From NCBI RefSeq assembly GCF_039654945.1, contig NW_027361752.1, forward strand, positions 44,578,001 through 44,642,000: a stretch of 64,000 bases of DNA, read 5' to 3'. Below are positions 23,793 through 36,600 of the stretch, piece after piece. Within the stretch, counting starts at the first letter, position 1. Each line of letters starts with the position of its first letter. Below the pieces are notes generated by a model. It was not told where the DNA came from. It did no database searches and saw only the letters and a list, made by a program, of their open reading frames with translations. The position numbers were made by a program, and so were the translations under genes. The DNA is from Dendrobates tinctorius (Eukaryota).

Positions 23793-25129
23793 CTTGGTCC
23801 ATCAAGATCTCCTTTGGAAGCCATGTCCTAGAAAAAATATGGACAAGCTCTCGGGGTTTACACTTGGCGGTTGAGTTCCTCAGTGATACCACCTCTATGT
23901 AACGGGTCATATAGTCCATGACCGGCCACCATGATGTATTGATGTTTCCATGCAGACTTAACTAGGGGACCTACTAGGTCTATTGAAATTCACTCAAATG
24001 GGACTGATATAACAGGTAACAGGACTTCAGAAGTGGGAAGAGGGAGAGGTTACTTTGCAGGTGGGGCAGGACCTACAGTAATTTAGGATCTCCCGGTAGC
24101 ATCTCAGCCAATAATACCTCCCCATTATAATCTCCTGAGTTTTTACTACACCCAGATGTTCCCCCCAAAACATGTGACTGTGCCATGTCTAGAACTCTGC
24201 CGATGGGGACCTTGGACCAACAGCTGCTCCACAATTTCCCCTCCCCTCAGTTTAGTCACCCAATACAACAACTCCTCATTGAGCACAAAGTGTGGGAACC
24301 TGGCCATCTGCCCCCCAGCTCTTGAGCAACCCCCGTACAGACAGTAACATTATCACATACCTCCTTTAAGGTAAGGTCCCTAATTTGAGCAGTCTTAAAG
24401 TTCATTGGGCTTAACCGACATAGATACTCCAAGGCGTGCCAAGATTTCAGTAAGTTGGCATATTCTTTGGCATCCTGCCTTTTGGTGTTTACCTGTCAAA
24501 TATGGCGCCAGCACCTCTGCTCACTGCTCTGGCGGAAGTCTCTATCAGCCACTCTCTCTAAAACCGTGAAAAAGGCTTCCACTTCATCTCCGGGGACATC
24601 ATCTGCATGGCCGTTTTACCGTCTAAGTCGTCACCTGGACTTGGGGAAGGAGTTGCCGGGCTCCCATGAAATGCCTTTGCGGGGAACTCTATTTCCTGCT
24701 ACTGTTGTCGGTGATCGTCTTGTTACTGCTGCCAGTGATGGAGCTGATGCTGCCGAATCTGTTGTATTAGCATCTGACTTGTCTCCTGCTTGGCTTTCAT
24801 AAGGTGCTTAATCATTAGTCAGGTCTTCCAAGCTGTCTGACTGGCTCACTGCCAACTTCAGCCAAGTCATGCAGGTTATCTGTAGCAGCTACATGTGTTC
24901 CTGGAACGTTGCCTGCATTCCAAACACCAACTATGGTAAGTCCTCACTCAGCTGCTCACAGAGGTAGACACAGGTACACTTCTTCTTCTGGTTTATTTAA
25001 ATCATGGCATAAACCAGTGCAAAGTTCAACAAAATAAACGTCCTTTTTGGCAAAACCAGGAAACAAAAAGATAACGTATAGCACAATTCTTTGTACCCTG
25101 AGCGGGTGGATTCCTGCAGGCCAATCAAC

Positions 25130-25205
25130 AGAGTCCTGTAGTGAATCCTGCATTGAGCAGGGGGGTTGGACATGATGACCCTGGAGGTACCTTCCAACTC
25201 TAATA
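25130..25205 (+). mobile_element. CR1 LINE 3' tail
   Basis: GGGTTGGACATGATGACCCTGGAGGTACCTTCCAACTCT resembles the CR1 3' end. Confidence 0.65.
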
Positions 25206-25359
25206 TATTATAAGTCCAGCACGGTTGCGCATAAACACTTCTCTGGAGCTCGCTTGCCTCCAGCCCACAAACAGTGAAAAAATCTCAGTGGCAGGACATT
25301 TAACTTGCCGACCCACTCCCTTGGGCTGGAGATATGCTGAGTGTCCAGCCCATCTCTTA

Positions 25360-25704
25360 GGCCAGGTTCACACTTGTGTTTGGCTGGTCTGCATACTTCT
25401 TCCCTTAAGCTCCGCCTACTTCCGCATGCGTCCTGCATACCTATCTTTAACATTGGGTACGCAGGGACATGCGTTGTATGCGGATGCCTCGTCATGCGTT
25501 GTTTTGACGTGCCCGCCGAACTCACAAAAAGCAACATGTTGGGTTCGGTGGGCACGTCAAAATGACGCATGCGTACGCAGCCGCATACAACGCATGTCCC
25601 TGCGTACCCAATGTTAAAGATAGGTACGCAGGACGCATGCGTAAGTAGGCGGAGCTAAAGGGAAGAAGTACGCAGACCAGCCAAACGCAAGTGTGAACCC
25701 GGTC
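25360..25704. mobile_element. Palindromic Harbinger-type MITE
   Basis: TTA TSD; near-perfect 345-bp foldback; absent from the other LTR copy. Confidence 0.85.
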
Positions 25705-25859
25705 TTACAACCACGCACACAAAAAAAACCAACCCATTCATGGCCGATTAATCCCTCTCAGCTCATAACATGCTGGAGAGAAACTTCTGGGTTTTCATAT
25801 CACAGAAGATGGCAATCTTTGTGATATATATCTTCTCTCACATACACTGCCAGTGACAC

Positions 25860-26660
25860 TGTCACAGTTCGTACTCCTTCCCCTTGTGGAGACTACTACG
25901 CAGACAACCCCGGGTGAGGGTGATACACTGCGGTAATACTTTATTGGATCACTAACAGCCAACAACATCTATTACAGTCCCAGCAAGTAGATAAGATGGT
26001 GCAAACAATAGTCTCACCCTTCCGGTGGCTCACCAGGGATTAGAACCTATGTGACTTTGGGGCATCCAGGGACAAATACCCCAACCAGTAGCACCCCAAG
26101 AGAGAAGGTAGCGACAAGCTTAGGAAGCTGTCCAAGTTCAGTGAGATGTGGCCAGGTGACCCGAGTCTCCCACCCTGGGTTCTTTAAAAATCTTTTTGTG
26201 TTCACTGATGGGCAATGGAGCAGATCTGTAATCCACCAGTTGGTGCCATGGTTCCATGGCTACTGTCCTGTAGAGTCTCACTGGAGAGGGAGAGAGGTCC
26301 CTTTTATACCCACAGCTGTCATTCAAGGCATTATCCCACAGAACTGGGGAAAGGTTTGGGGAGGAATACCTGTTTGTTCTATTAACCTGCATATTTGTCC
26401 TCTAATAGACTCCAGAGGCTGATACACTATGTAATCAGCAGACAGTCTACAAATTAACAAACATTGATTGCTCAATTAACCTGCCTTTTTGTCCTCCAAG
26501 GTCTGTAGACTAGTAAACCACAGGGGCTGATAATTTGTGGAATGCCTGCTGATTAACATACATGAGTCAACGTACAGGCTCATGTGAAGAATAGCTCATG
26601 TCCTTTGACCTAATGAACAATATGTCTGGCATAATTAAGAATAAACTCTGTGTCGTCACA
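25860..26660 (-). mobile_element. Probable solo LTR
   Basis: TGT...ACA termini; TATAAAA ~26305 and AATAAA ~25943 on the minus strand; no TSD seen. Confidence 0.55.
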
Positions 26661-27462
26661 CGTGGACATAAAAACGTTATCTGTTTTGAATCTACGAATA
26701 AGAGTCAGCCAGACTCGAAACGTGTCAGATATTTTGCCCATGCTACAATTTTAATGACGTGGCAAAGAATATTTGCTTTTAATTCACTTTATTAGATTGA
26801 AAAACTTTTTTTCAGGACTGCGAAGAATTGAATCTCTATAGTGTCTGCCTATTGTGAGTAAAAATTGCAAAATTTAATTAGATAATGCCAATGAAAGTAA
26901 AAAAAATTATTTCATAGACATATTTAACATAAAAAGTTGATTGAAAATATAACTATTTTGAAACATTTTTTTTTAAAGAGGGTAATTCCATCTTATAAAG
27001 TAATGGTCAATCATTAGCATATGCCACCATGTAGTGATCTCTGTGTGTCTGGCCTATAGAGTCTGCACTGATTTTGAGAATTCAAGGCCTGCAGCATTGA
27101 CTCAGTGCTGCAAACCTTTACAGCTTTTCCCTATACATGAGCTCCGGACTATCTAGCTCTGCCGGGAGCTGCAGCTGACCATTTCGTCTCGAACAGGCTC
27201 TTCTGCAGTTCCATGTACAGTCAGGGTGGCTGGGAGCTCAGGAGCAGAAAAAAAGGAAGTAACACAGCTACACTAGAGCTTTGTGCTCTTCATTCTCAGG
27301 ATTACAGCGGGTGTAAAAGGTCGGATTTCTAACGATCATAGGGATAGCAAATCCTAGCGAGATGGCAGATCCACTTTAAACCACATTTCTTAGATGTATA
27401 AGAGCTACAAAACTCCATTTTACCAGTAAAAAGCAACACAATTTGTTTAAACCATCTGTTAT

Positions 27463-27468
27463 TTTATT
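27463..27468 (-). terminator. CRYZL1 poly(A) signal AATAAA
   Basis: AATAAA about 105 nt after the stop codon. Confidence 0.65.
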
Positions 27469-27572
27469 AAATGAACATATACATATATCACCAACTTACA
27501 AAATGCTATTAGTTTAGCTACTGTGGAAGATGTTATGTGCCCTTGAACCTTTCTGTGGCCAATTCAGCTTTC

Positions 27573-27672
27573 TCATAATTGAACAACCAGTCGTTTCTTT
27601 ACTTCTTTTCTTTGAACCATTTCCATGAACACTTTAGCTTCATACATTGGTACAGGTTCATCCAGATATGGC
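27573..27672 (-). CDS. CRYZL1: CRYZL1 last coding exon
   Basis: [32 protein letters not shown]. Confidence 0.93.
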
Positions 27673-30600
27673 CTGAAAAAAAAAACAAAAAACCCTTAAC
27701 ATTTCAGGTAAATAGGAGTGGAGAAATATATGTAAATATATGGAAATCATAGAGCTACATAGCAAAAGATAATATTTTTTCACTTCCCTACCACTACATC
27801 TTCATTAATATAAAATTTAATGTCAATATATTTTCATTCCAAAATTCTATAAGAAATGATTTAATAATATACTGTATCTGTCTATATATTTTGTGGTGGA
27901 GGTGAGGTGTAGATAAATTGTTGTAAACTTCTAATTGGACATGATGACAATCTCATAATCTGGGGTCAAACTGGAACCCATTGCGGTTCTCAAGGGCTGC
28001 AAACAAAATTCATCTGCAAAATGCAATTTGCTATGTTAACAGCTATTTAAACATTTGCTTTACTTATTCAATGCCGTTTTCGTGGCTTGATAAATTCTAT
28101 ATCTTTGGGAAGCTACCTGCACATGGTGTTGAATTGTTAAGTGGATAAATCTATATGCAGTGAATGCCACTAAGAGGCGAATGCAGGTAGCTTTACTAAT
28201 GTGTGAAGCACTTTAGTGCTGAGTCCCCAATTCCAAAACCAAGACCCCTATATAGTAACTAGCTATGAACCCCTTCTACGCCCGGGTGGCAAGCATTTTT
28301 ATTGGTATATGGTCTCCCATCCTGGTATGTGCTGCCCCCCTCCTATCCTGTGTCATGAGCCATGCTTGATTATGACAGGTTTTGAATAAGTAACCTTTTT
28401 TTTCCTTTGAGCTGTTGCTTGGAGTTGGTTTTGCCCCAGGTGGCCATTGGGGTGATTGCATGGTGGTGTCTTTTGTTCTAGTTTGCCCCCAGTGGTGGTT
28501 AGTGTTATTGCACATGATAATAAAGCAGGTGTGATTCCTTGGGTCCTGCTTATAAAGGTGTAGCAGGTGGTTTCACTCACGTTTGGTGATATTGCTCATT
28601 TCCAACCAAGACTGGTGAAGGAAGGAACTACAGAGAGCAGCTCAGGGGAGCTCTGGTGTAAAGTCTGGTGAAGGAAGGAATTACAGAGAGGTGTTCCTTG
28701 CAGCTCTGACAAAGCTTGGAGAAGTAGCAGCTATTCTGGAGGAAAGCTGCATTCTGTGGTGGACTCTGTTGCTGGGAGCAATAGCAACAGAGCAAAGCTA
28801 AGTGGTGTTATCCCTGTTTGTATTTTTCCCTGGTGTGTATTAGTACAGCGGTGGGGCCAGTGCCTGCACCACCCAGCTCCCTAGCAAGGGATAGGTGTAT
28901 GGTGTGCTAGGGTGACAGGTTCCGGCTCGGCGACAGGTGAGGAGCCTGTATAGGGAACGTTAGGAGTGTTAGAGACACTGACTCAGGGGAGTGCAGGAGG
29001 TCTCCACGTCCCCGTTCCCTATCGCAGGGCCCACCGTTGTAACTGTTTCCCCTTCCCCTGTGTCTTGTTGCTTTAGTTACCGGCCTGCGGGTCGTGTCAC
29101 ACAGGACAGTTACACGTGCCGTGTCTTGTTTTAGTTACCGACCTTCGGGTCGTGTCACACAGGACGGGTCCACGTGACATCCTGGTGTGCATGGCACCCC
29201 TCATCCCTATCCTGGTATGCATGGTCCCCTCACCCCCCAATCCTGGTATGCATGGTACCACCTTATCCCTATCCTGGTATGTATGGTCCCCTCACCCGCC
29301 CAATCCTGGTCTTCATGGTCCCCTTACCCCCCTTTCGTGGTATGCATGGTCCCGTCTCACCCCCCTTTCGTGGTATTCATGGTCCCCTCACCCCCCTTTT
29401 GTGGTCTTCATGGTCCCCTCACCCCCCTTTCGTGGTATTCATGGTCCCCTCACCCCCCTTTTGTGGTATTCATGGTCCCCTCACCCCCCCTTTCGTGGTA
29501 TGTATGGTCCCCTCACCCCCCCTTTCGTGGTATGCATGGTCCCCTCACCCCCCAATACTGGTATGCATGGTCCCCTCTCTCCTCTTTCCTGGCATGCATG
29601 GTCCCCTCACTCCCCTTATCCTGATATGTATGGTCCCCCTCACCCCTATTAAACTACACACATACAAAAAAAACACATTTATACTCACCCTTCTTTCCTG
29701 TGCTCCAGCGCTGTCACGTTCTGCTGGAGGCCGGGGGAGGAGTCTGGCACAGGAGTCCGCGCATGCCCATAGCACTGTCCGGCGCCATATTGCTGAAGAC
29801 ACACTTCAAATGTGTCTTCAGTAAAATGGTGCCAGATCGCGCTATGCGCGATTCCGGCCGCACTCCTGCCCTGGTCTCCGGCCGAAGAGAAGCGCCGCGG
29901 CAACGCTCCTCCCGGTCAGGTAAGTATGTAACTATGGCGTCTGAGATCACGGTATGTACGCATACTGCCATCTCCGGGCGCCATACAGACTCCTCACCGC
30001 TGGATGCCTCATTCTGTCTGGAGCCAGACTGCGCAGGTGCGTCGCGCTTGCGCAGTCTATAAAGGCTTCGGACAGCGTCACGCTTAGCCCGTTATATTAT
30101 AGATATAGCTAACAGCCCCATGCCCAAACACCTAGATCCAACACTTGCCATGAAGTCCGTGCCCCAATACATTGACCTTATATGCCCCTTTAGATATGCT
30201 GGCACAAGCACCGGTGATAATGTTATTCTTGGCGTTTTCATACAATGGTTTTTATTCAGTAACAGCATTGCCATCTGCCGAGGTGCCCACTATAGTTATG
30301 TTGTGCTTCTGTAGTTGTAAGCAGACATTACGCAGGTTGGGAGCTCACTCTGAAGTTTTTTGGTCCTCACACCATGATGATCCTCAAGCTACGCCGCACT
30401 GTTCCTGCAGGGCTACTGACTGCAACTATCACCATATAATCCAAGCCCAACTCTTCTATAGACGTCATTAGAATATTACCAAAAATGGACTATATAATGA
30501 ATTTACTTACCTGAATATTCCACCCCCCAACTTGTCCATAACATCTTTCAGGATATGTGAGGATACAGTTAAGGATACACTTGATATTGTACAGAATTAA

Positions 30601-33600
30601 CATAACTTGGTGGAGGCCTCAAAGAGGACCTGTCACTTGCCAGGAATATGCTGGTGCGAATGCCGCTATTCTCCTGAATCCGGTGTTTTCTTTTGTTCCT
30701 GCAGCTTTCCATTCCTCTTTCCTGTATATAAATCAAGTATCGTTTGCCAAGTGGGCGTGTTTTTGAGGACCACACTCAGTTGGTTTACAATATTAGATTT
30801 ATATACAGTGGGGAAAAAAAGTATTTAGTCAGTCAGCAATAGTGCAAGTTCCACCACTTAAAAAGATGAGAGGCGTCTGTAATTTACATCATAGGTAGAC
30901 CTCAACTATGGGAGACAAACTGAGAAAAAAAAATCCAGAAAATCACATTGTCTGTTTTTTTTTCATTTTATTTGCATATTATGGTGGAAAATAAGTATTT
31001 GGTCAGAAACAAGCAATCAAGATTTCTGGCTCTCACAGACCTGTAACTTCTTCTTTAAGAGTCTCCTCTTTCCTCCACTCATTACCTGTAGTAATGGCAC
31101 CTGTTTAAACTTGTTATCAGTATAAAAAGACACCTGTGCACACCCTCAAACAGTCTGACTCCAAACTCCACTATGGTGAAGACCAAAGAGCTGTCAAAGG
31201 ACACCAGAAACAAAATTGTAGCCCTGCACCAGGCTGGGAAGACTGAATCTGCAATAGCCAACCAGCTTGGAGTGAAGAAATCAACTGTGGGAGCAATAAT
31301 TAGAAAATGGAAGACATACAAGACCACTGATAATCTCCCTCGATCTGGTGCTCCACGCAAAATCCCACCCCGTGGGGTCAGAATGATCACAAGAACGGTG
31401 AGCAAAAATCCCAGAACCACGCGGGGGGGGACCTAGTGAATGAACTGCAGAGAGCTGGGACCAATGTAACAAGGCCTACCATAAGTAACACACTACGCCA
31501 CCATGGACTCAGATCCTGCAGTGCCAGACGTGTCCCACTGCTTAAGCCTGTACATGTCCGGGCCCGTCTGAAGTTTACTAGAGAGCATCTGGATGATCCA
31601 GAGGAGTTTTGGGAGAATGTCCTATGGTCTGATGAAACCAAACTGGAACTGTTTGGTAGAAACACAACTTGTCGTGTTTGGAGGAAAAAGAATACTGAGT
31701 TGCATCCATCAAACACCATACCTACTGTAAAGCATGGTGGTGGAAACATCATGCTTTGGGGCTGTTTCTCTGCAAAGGGGCCAGGACGACTGATCCGAGT
31801 ACATGAAAGAATGAATGGGGCCATGTATCGTGAGATTTTGAGTGCAAACCTCCTTCCATCAGCAAGGGCATTGAAGATGAAACGTGGCTGGGTCTTTCAA
31901 CATGACAATGATCCAAAGCACACCGCCAGGGCAACGAAGGAGTGGCTTCGTAAGAAGCATTTCAAGGTCCTGGAGTGGCCTAGCCAGTCTCCAGATCTCA
32001 ACCCTATAGAAAACCTTTGGAGGGAGTTGAAAGTCTGTGTTGCCAAGCGAAAAGCCAAAAACATCACTGCTCTAGAGGAGATCTGCATGGAGGAATGGGC
32101 CAACATACCAACAACAGTGTGTGGCAACCTTGTGAAGACTTACAGAAAACGTTTGACCTCTGTCATTGCCAACAAAGGATATATCACAAAGTATTGAGAT
32201 GAAATTTTGTTTCTGACCAAATACTTATTTTCCACCATAATATGCAAATAAAATGAAACAAAAACAGACAATGTGATTTTCTGGATTTTTTTTTCTCAGT
32301 TTGTCTCCCATAGTTGAGGTCTACCTATGATGTAAATTACAGACGCCTCTCATCTTTTTAAGTGGTGGAACTTGCACTATTGCTGACTGACTAAATACTT
32401 TTTTTCCCCACTGTAAAAGGGAAAAGCGAACCATATCTCAGGAAGTACCTGTGCTTCCCACATACTCTGGAACTCACTTCCCCAATTAATTAGATGATCT
32501 CCCAGCATCCCAACCTTCTAAGACAATCTTACAAGAAAAGCTTACACCCTGCACTACCTCTCATACCCCTACAGGATGATATGAGCAGCTTCTACCTTCA
32601 CCTACACGGAAATGTTATAAACTCTGCAGCAGGATCCTCTCCCCTTTAATCTCAGGTTTATCACACATGAATCAGAACATCTCCAGGATGGGCCATGTAT
32701 ATGGATACACCTAAATAAAATGGGAATGGTTGGTGATATCAACTTCCTGTTTGTGGCACATTATTATATGGGAGGGAGAAAACTTTTCAAGATGGGTGGT
32801 GACCATGGCGGCCATTTTGAAGTTGGCCATTTTGGATACAACTTTATTTTTTTCAATAGGAAAAGGGTCATGTGACACAAACTTATTGAGAATTTCACAA
32901 GAAAAACAATGGTGTGCTTGGTTTTAATGTAACTTTATTCTTTCATGAGTTATTTACAAGTTTATGGCCACTTATAAAATGTGTTCAACGTGCTGCCCAT
33001 TGCGTTGGATTGTCAGTGCAACCGTCTCCTCCAACTCTTGACACACTGAAATTCTCAATAGGTTTGATGTGTCACATGACCCTCTTCCCATTGGAAAAAA
33101 TAAAGCTGGATCCAAATTGGCTGACTTCAAAATGGCCGCCACGGTCACCACCCATCCTGAAAAGTTTTCCCCCCTCCCATATACTAATATGCCACAAACA
33201 GGGATTGATATCACCAACCATTCCCATTTTATTTAGGTGTATCCATATAAATGGCCCACCCTGTATAATGAAAACATCGATCATTGTACATCATAAAGGA
33301 TATGAAGATATTTTCCTTGCTGAGAACTTGACAGGTTCCAGGCTTCCTCATTGAGGTATGAGAGTGACGCACATTTGAGGAAGAGAATATTGCTGTCCGG
33401 TGGATCAAGCTGCAAACAAATGGAAAAGACGGACCAAACTTAATGACAGGACTAATGAAACTTGTAGTTCCTGGCCCTTTATTGTAAAATGTCCGGGGTC
33501 AGACCCCCAATATAATACTGTTTTTTATCTCTCATGTGGCTTGGTGGCCAATGCGATGCAGGGGTCACAGATTGGATTATCTTCACATTACGAATGGTTG

Positions 33601-36600
33601 TTGTTTGACAGATGAGGTTCTAAAAAAGAAACCTGGAATTTTCCATCTATCCTTTTCTTCATTGCATTGAAGGATTATTCCTAAAATCGCAATGCAGTCT
33701 CGGTTTTCTGAAGATGATGAATTATGTGTGCCAACCTACTACTAAATCTGCACTGATCTTCAGCTATCACCTTCCCCCTCACCATTGATGAGCCCACCCC
33801 AGGGCTCTCTTTACCTTCCATAGCTGCTGGATCTGTCCTCCAGTGGCTTTAATGCTATTGGTCGTGTATGATCAGATGCTCCCAATGACTCTGTATCACG
33901 AAACATTCGATAGTTGGATTGCAGCACAGCCTGACTACGCTATGCTGAAGATCCAACTGATATCTGCTGCATTTGCAGCAATTGACCCTATCTAATAAAA
34001 CATCCCCAGACACTCTCACGGCATCCTCATGGTCCTGACAGCTAGGCTGTAGCACAGCTCAGCTATGCTAGGCTGCAGAACTCGCCGATATCAACTAACA
34101 TTGGCAACTAATGACCCTGTCTAATTCATAAAAAAAGATGCATCTAATGGCCCTGTCTAATAAAGCATCCCCAGACACTCTCACTGCATCCTCATGGTCC
34201 TGACAGCCAGGCTGTAGCACAGCTCAGCTATGCTAGGCTGAAGAACTCGCCGATATCAACTAACATTGGCAACTAATGACCCTAATTCATAAAAAAAGAT
34301 GCATCTAATGGCCCTGTCTAATAAATCATCCCAAGACACTCTCACTGCATCCTCATGGGTCCTGACACCCAGGTTGTAGCACAGCTCAGCTATGCTAGGC
34401 TGAAGAACTCGCCGATATCAACTAACATTGGCAACTAATGACCCTAATTCATAAAAAAGATGCATCTAATGGCCCTGTCTAATAAATCATCCCAAGACAC
34501 TCTCACTGCATCCTCATGGGTCCTGACACCCAGGTTGTAGCACAGCTCAGCTATGCTAGGCTGAAGAACTCGCCGATATCAACTAACATTGACAACTAAT
34601 GACCCTGTCTAATTCATAAAAAAGATGCATCTAATGACCCTGTCTAATAAAGCATCCCCCAGACACTCTCACTGCATCCTCATGGGTCCTGACAGCCAGG
34701 TTGTAGCACAGCTCAGCTATGCTAGGTTGAAGAACTCACCGATATCAACTAACATGGGCAACTAATGACCCTGTCTAATTAAAAAAAAAGATGCATCTAA
34801 TGGCCCTGTCTAATAAAGCATCCCCAGACACTCTCACTGCATCCTCATGGGTCCTGACAGCCAGGTTGTAGCACAGCTCAGCTATGCTAGGCTGAAGAAC
34901 TCGCCGATATCAACTAACATTGGCAACTAATGACCCTGTCTAATTCATAAAAAAGATGCATCTAATGGCCCTGTCTAATAAAGCATCCCCCAGACACATT
35001 CATGGCATTCTCATGGCTCTGACATTTGAGATGTAGCACAACTCAACTACGCAATGCATTGCTCTACATGCCAGAGAGATCATGATCATGCACTGAAAAT
35101 TCCCATGGACCGCCAATATAATGTGAATTTTGAACTGTCTCCAGGAGCTTCTAGCTATGCCTCTCTGTCTAATATATTTTCATTCATCTATCTCTTACGT
35201 CTATACACAACATATTGGTAATATTTTCCATAATGTCAACTTCATGCAACTACAGAAAAATACTAAAACCGTTAACAATTTTTTTTTATATCCATATCTC
35301 TCTCTCATATATATATATTATATAAAAATTTGCACTGAGAATCTCTTGTGATAATTTGTACCTGAAGATATTGCTCTCTCGTTACCCAGTGGCTTCCGAC
35401 AGCGAGAAGAGAGATGATTTCATGTTTGTGCGGCAGAAGCGACGGTTTAGTAATGGAGTCTCCGGTGTTGTACATCATCACTGGGAAAAAGAGAATTGCC
35501 TCCAATTACCAACTGCTGACACAGACGTATTATCTGCACTTGCAGGAACATTTTCTTCCTGACTCACCCAGGAGGATTGCTCTCAGGGTAGCAGCCGCTC
35601 TCTTCCCCATGTACATCATGTGCACGGGGCTCCATTGCCTTATACATGCACACAGTATCTGCACCTCCTGTCGGCAGCACACAGTCATGACTTATATGTC
35701 TGACAGTGGCTGTGGCCAGAGCGGCTCCAGGATGATGTGGGCCTTTGAGTACCAGTGCCCAATCTTTCTTTTACTATTTTTTTTTTATTTACATTTTTTC
35801 TGTTAATAAAGTTATATCAGGTCTTGTTTTGTTTTTTTGTTTTTTTTTTAAATATTTTTTTATCCTCACAATTTTTAATCCACTGGGAGAATATATAATT
35901 TAAAGATCCTATTCAGTGACAGCAAAGAGAGATGCTAAAAACTGCAGAAAGAATATTGGAAACATAAATATAAAAAAAAAAAAAAAAAAAACAAGAAACA
36001 CTATCATGCCATAAATAACAATAATTTAATAAAACTTAAATATCCCTTTAAAAAAAAATCAAACATCATAAATAAAATACTGATTTTAGAGCTGATCCGA
36101 GCAGCTGCGGGAACTGTATCAGGTTCTGGAAGGGATAACTGGTATCACTGACCTCCAGCGTCGACGATGATGTCAAACCCCAGTCCTCCGGTCTCCTCGA
36201 TGCCTTTCTCGGTCAGATTTACGTTGCCTTTAGACACGTCAATAACACGGGCTGGAAACAAGACGACACATTCGCTTACTTTGGATGGTTCTCATCACTT
36301 GAGTTCTTACGTCTCATCGGTAGAAAGTCGTCTTTTACAAAGCAGCCAGTCTGAAATGCAGAGCTGCAGTGTAAAGTATAGGGGACACAGTGATCGTATC
36401 TTATGGAGGAAGTGAATTTCAGAAAACCAATAGATCCGGAAAAGCTAAAATATATTGATCCTAGTTTGGCCCTAAGCTTAAAAATGCCCAAATATATTTC
36501 TAAAGCAAGACCTAGGAGGACACGAGCGGATCTCACCTACAGGGGGTCTTATTTTCTCCAGATACTGCTTGTCCTTCTCGCTGTGTGCGGTCGTGACCAC

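Larger units (their letters stand above)
18560..25866 (-). mobile_element. Degenerate Gmr1-type Ty3/Gypsy LTR retrotransposon (integrase upstream of RT)
   Basis: Two related LTR copies starting TGTGACA (25866, 18798); PPT AGAGGGGGAGGATA (~18799-18812); PBS-like ~24910-24930; integrase 24340-23793 plus 20800-20190; RT ~20060-19460; RNase H ~19250-18975. Confidence 0.85.
28259..30103 (-). mobile_element. Non-autonomous Helitron
   Basis: Minus strand A|TCTATAATATAAC...GC-rich imperfect hairpin...CTAG|T; no TSD; internal ~30-bp minisatellite. Confidence 0.78.
30557..33303 (-). other. CRYZL1: U12-type AT-AC intron of CRYZL1
   Basis: 5' ATATCCTTT; branch point TCCTTAAC (30575-30568); AC terminus 11 nt later; these borders keep the reading frame. 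Confidence 0.92.

Noticed and set aside
29116-29824. Pro-rich ORFs in three frames
   Set aside because: Helitron minisatellite
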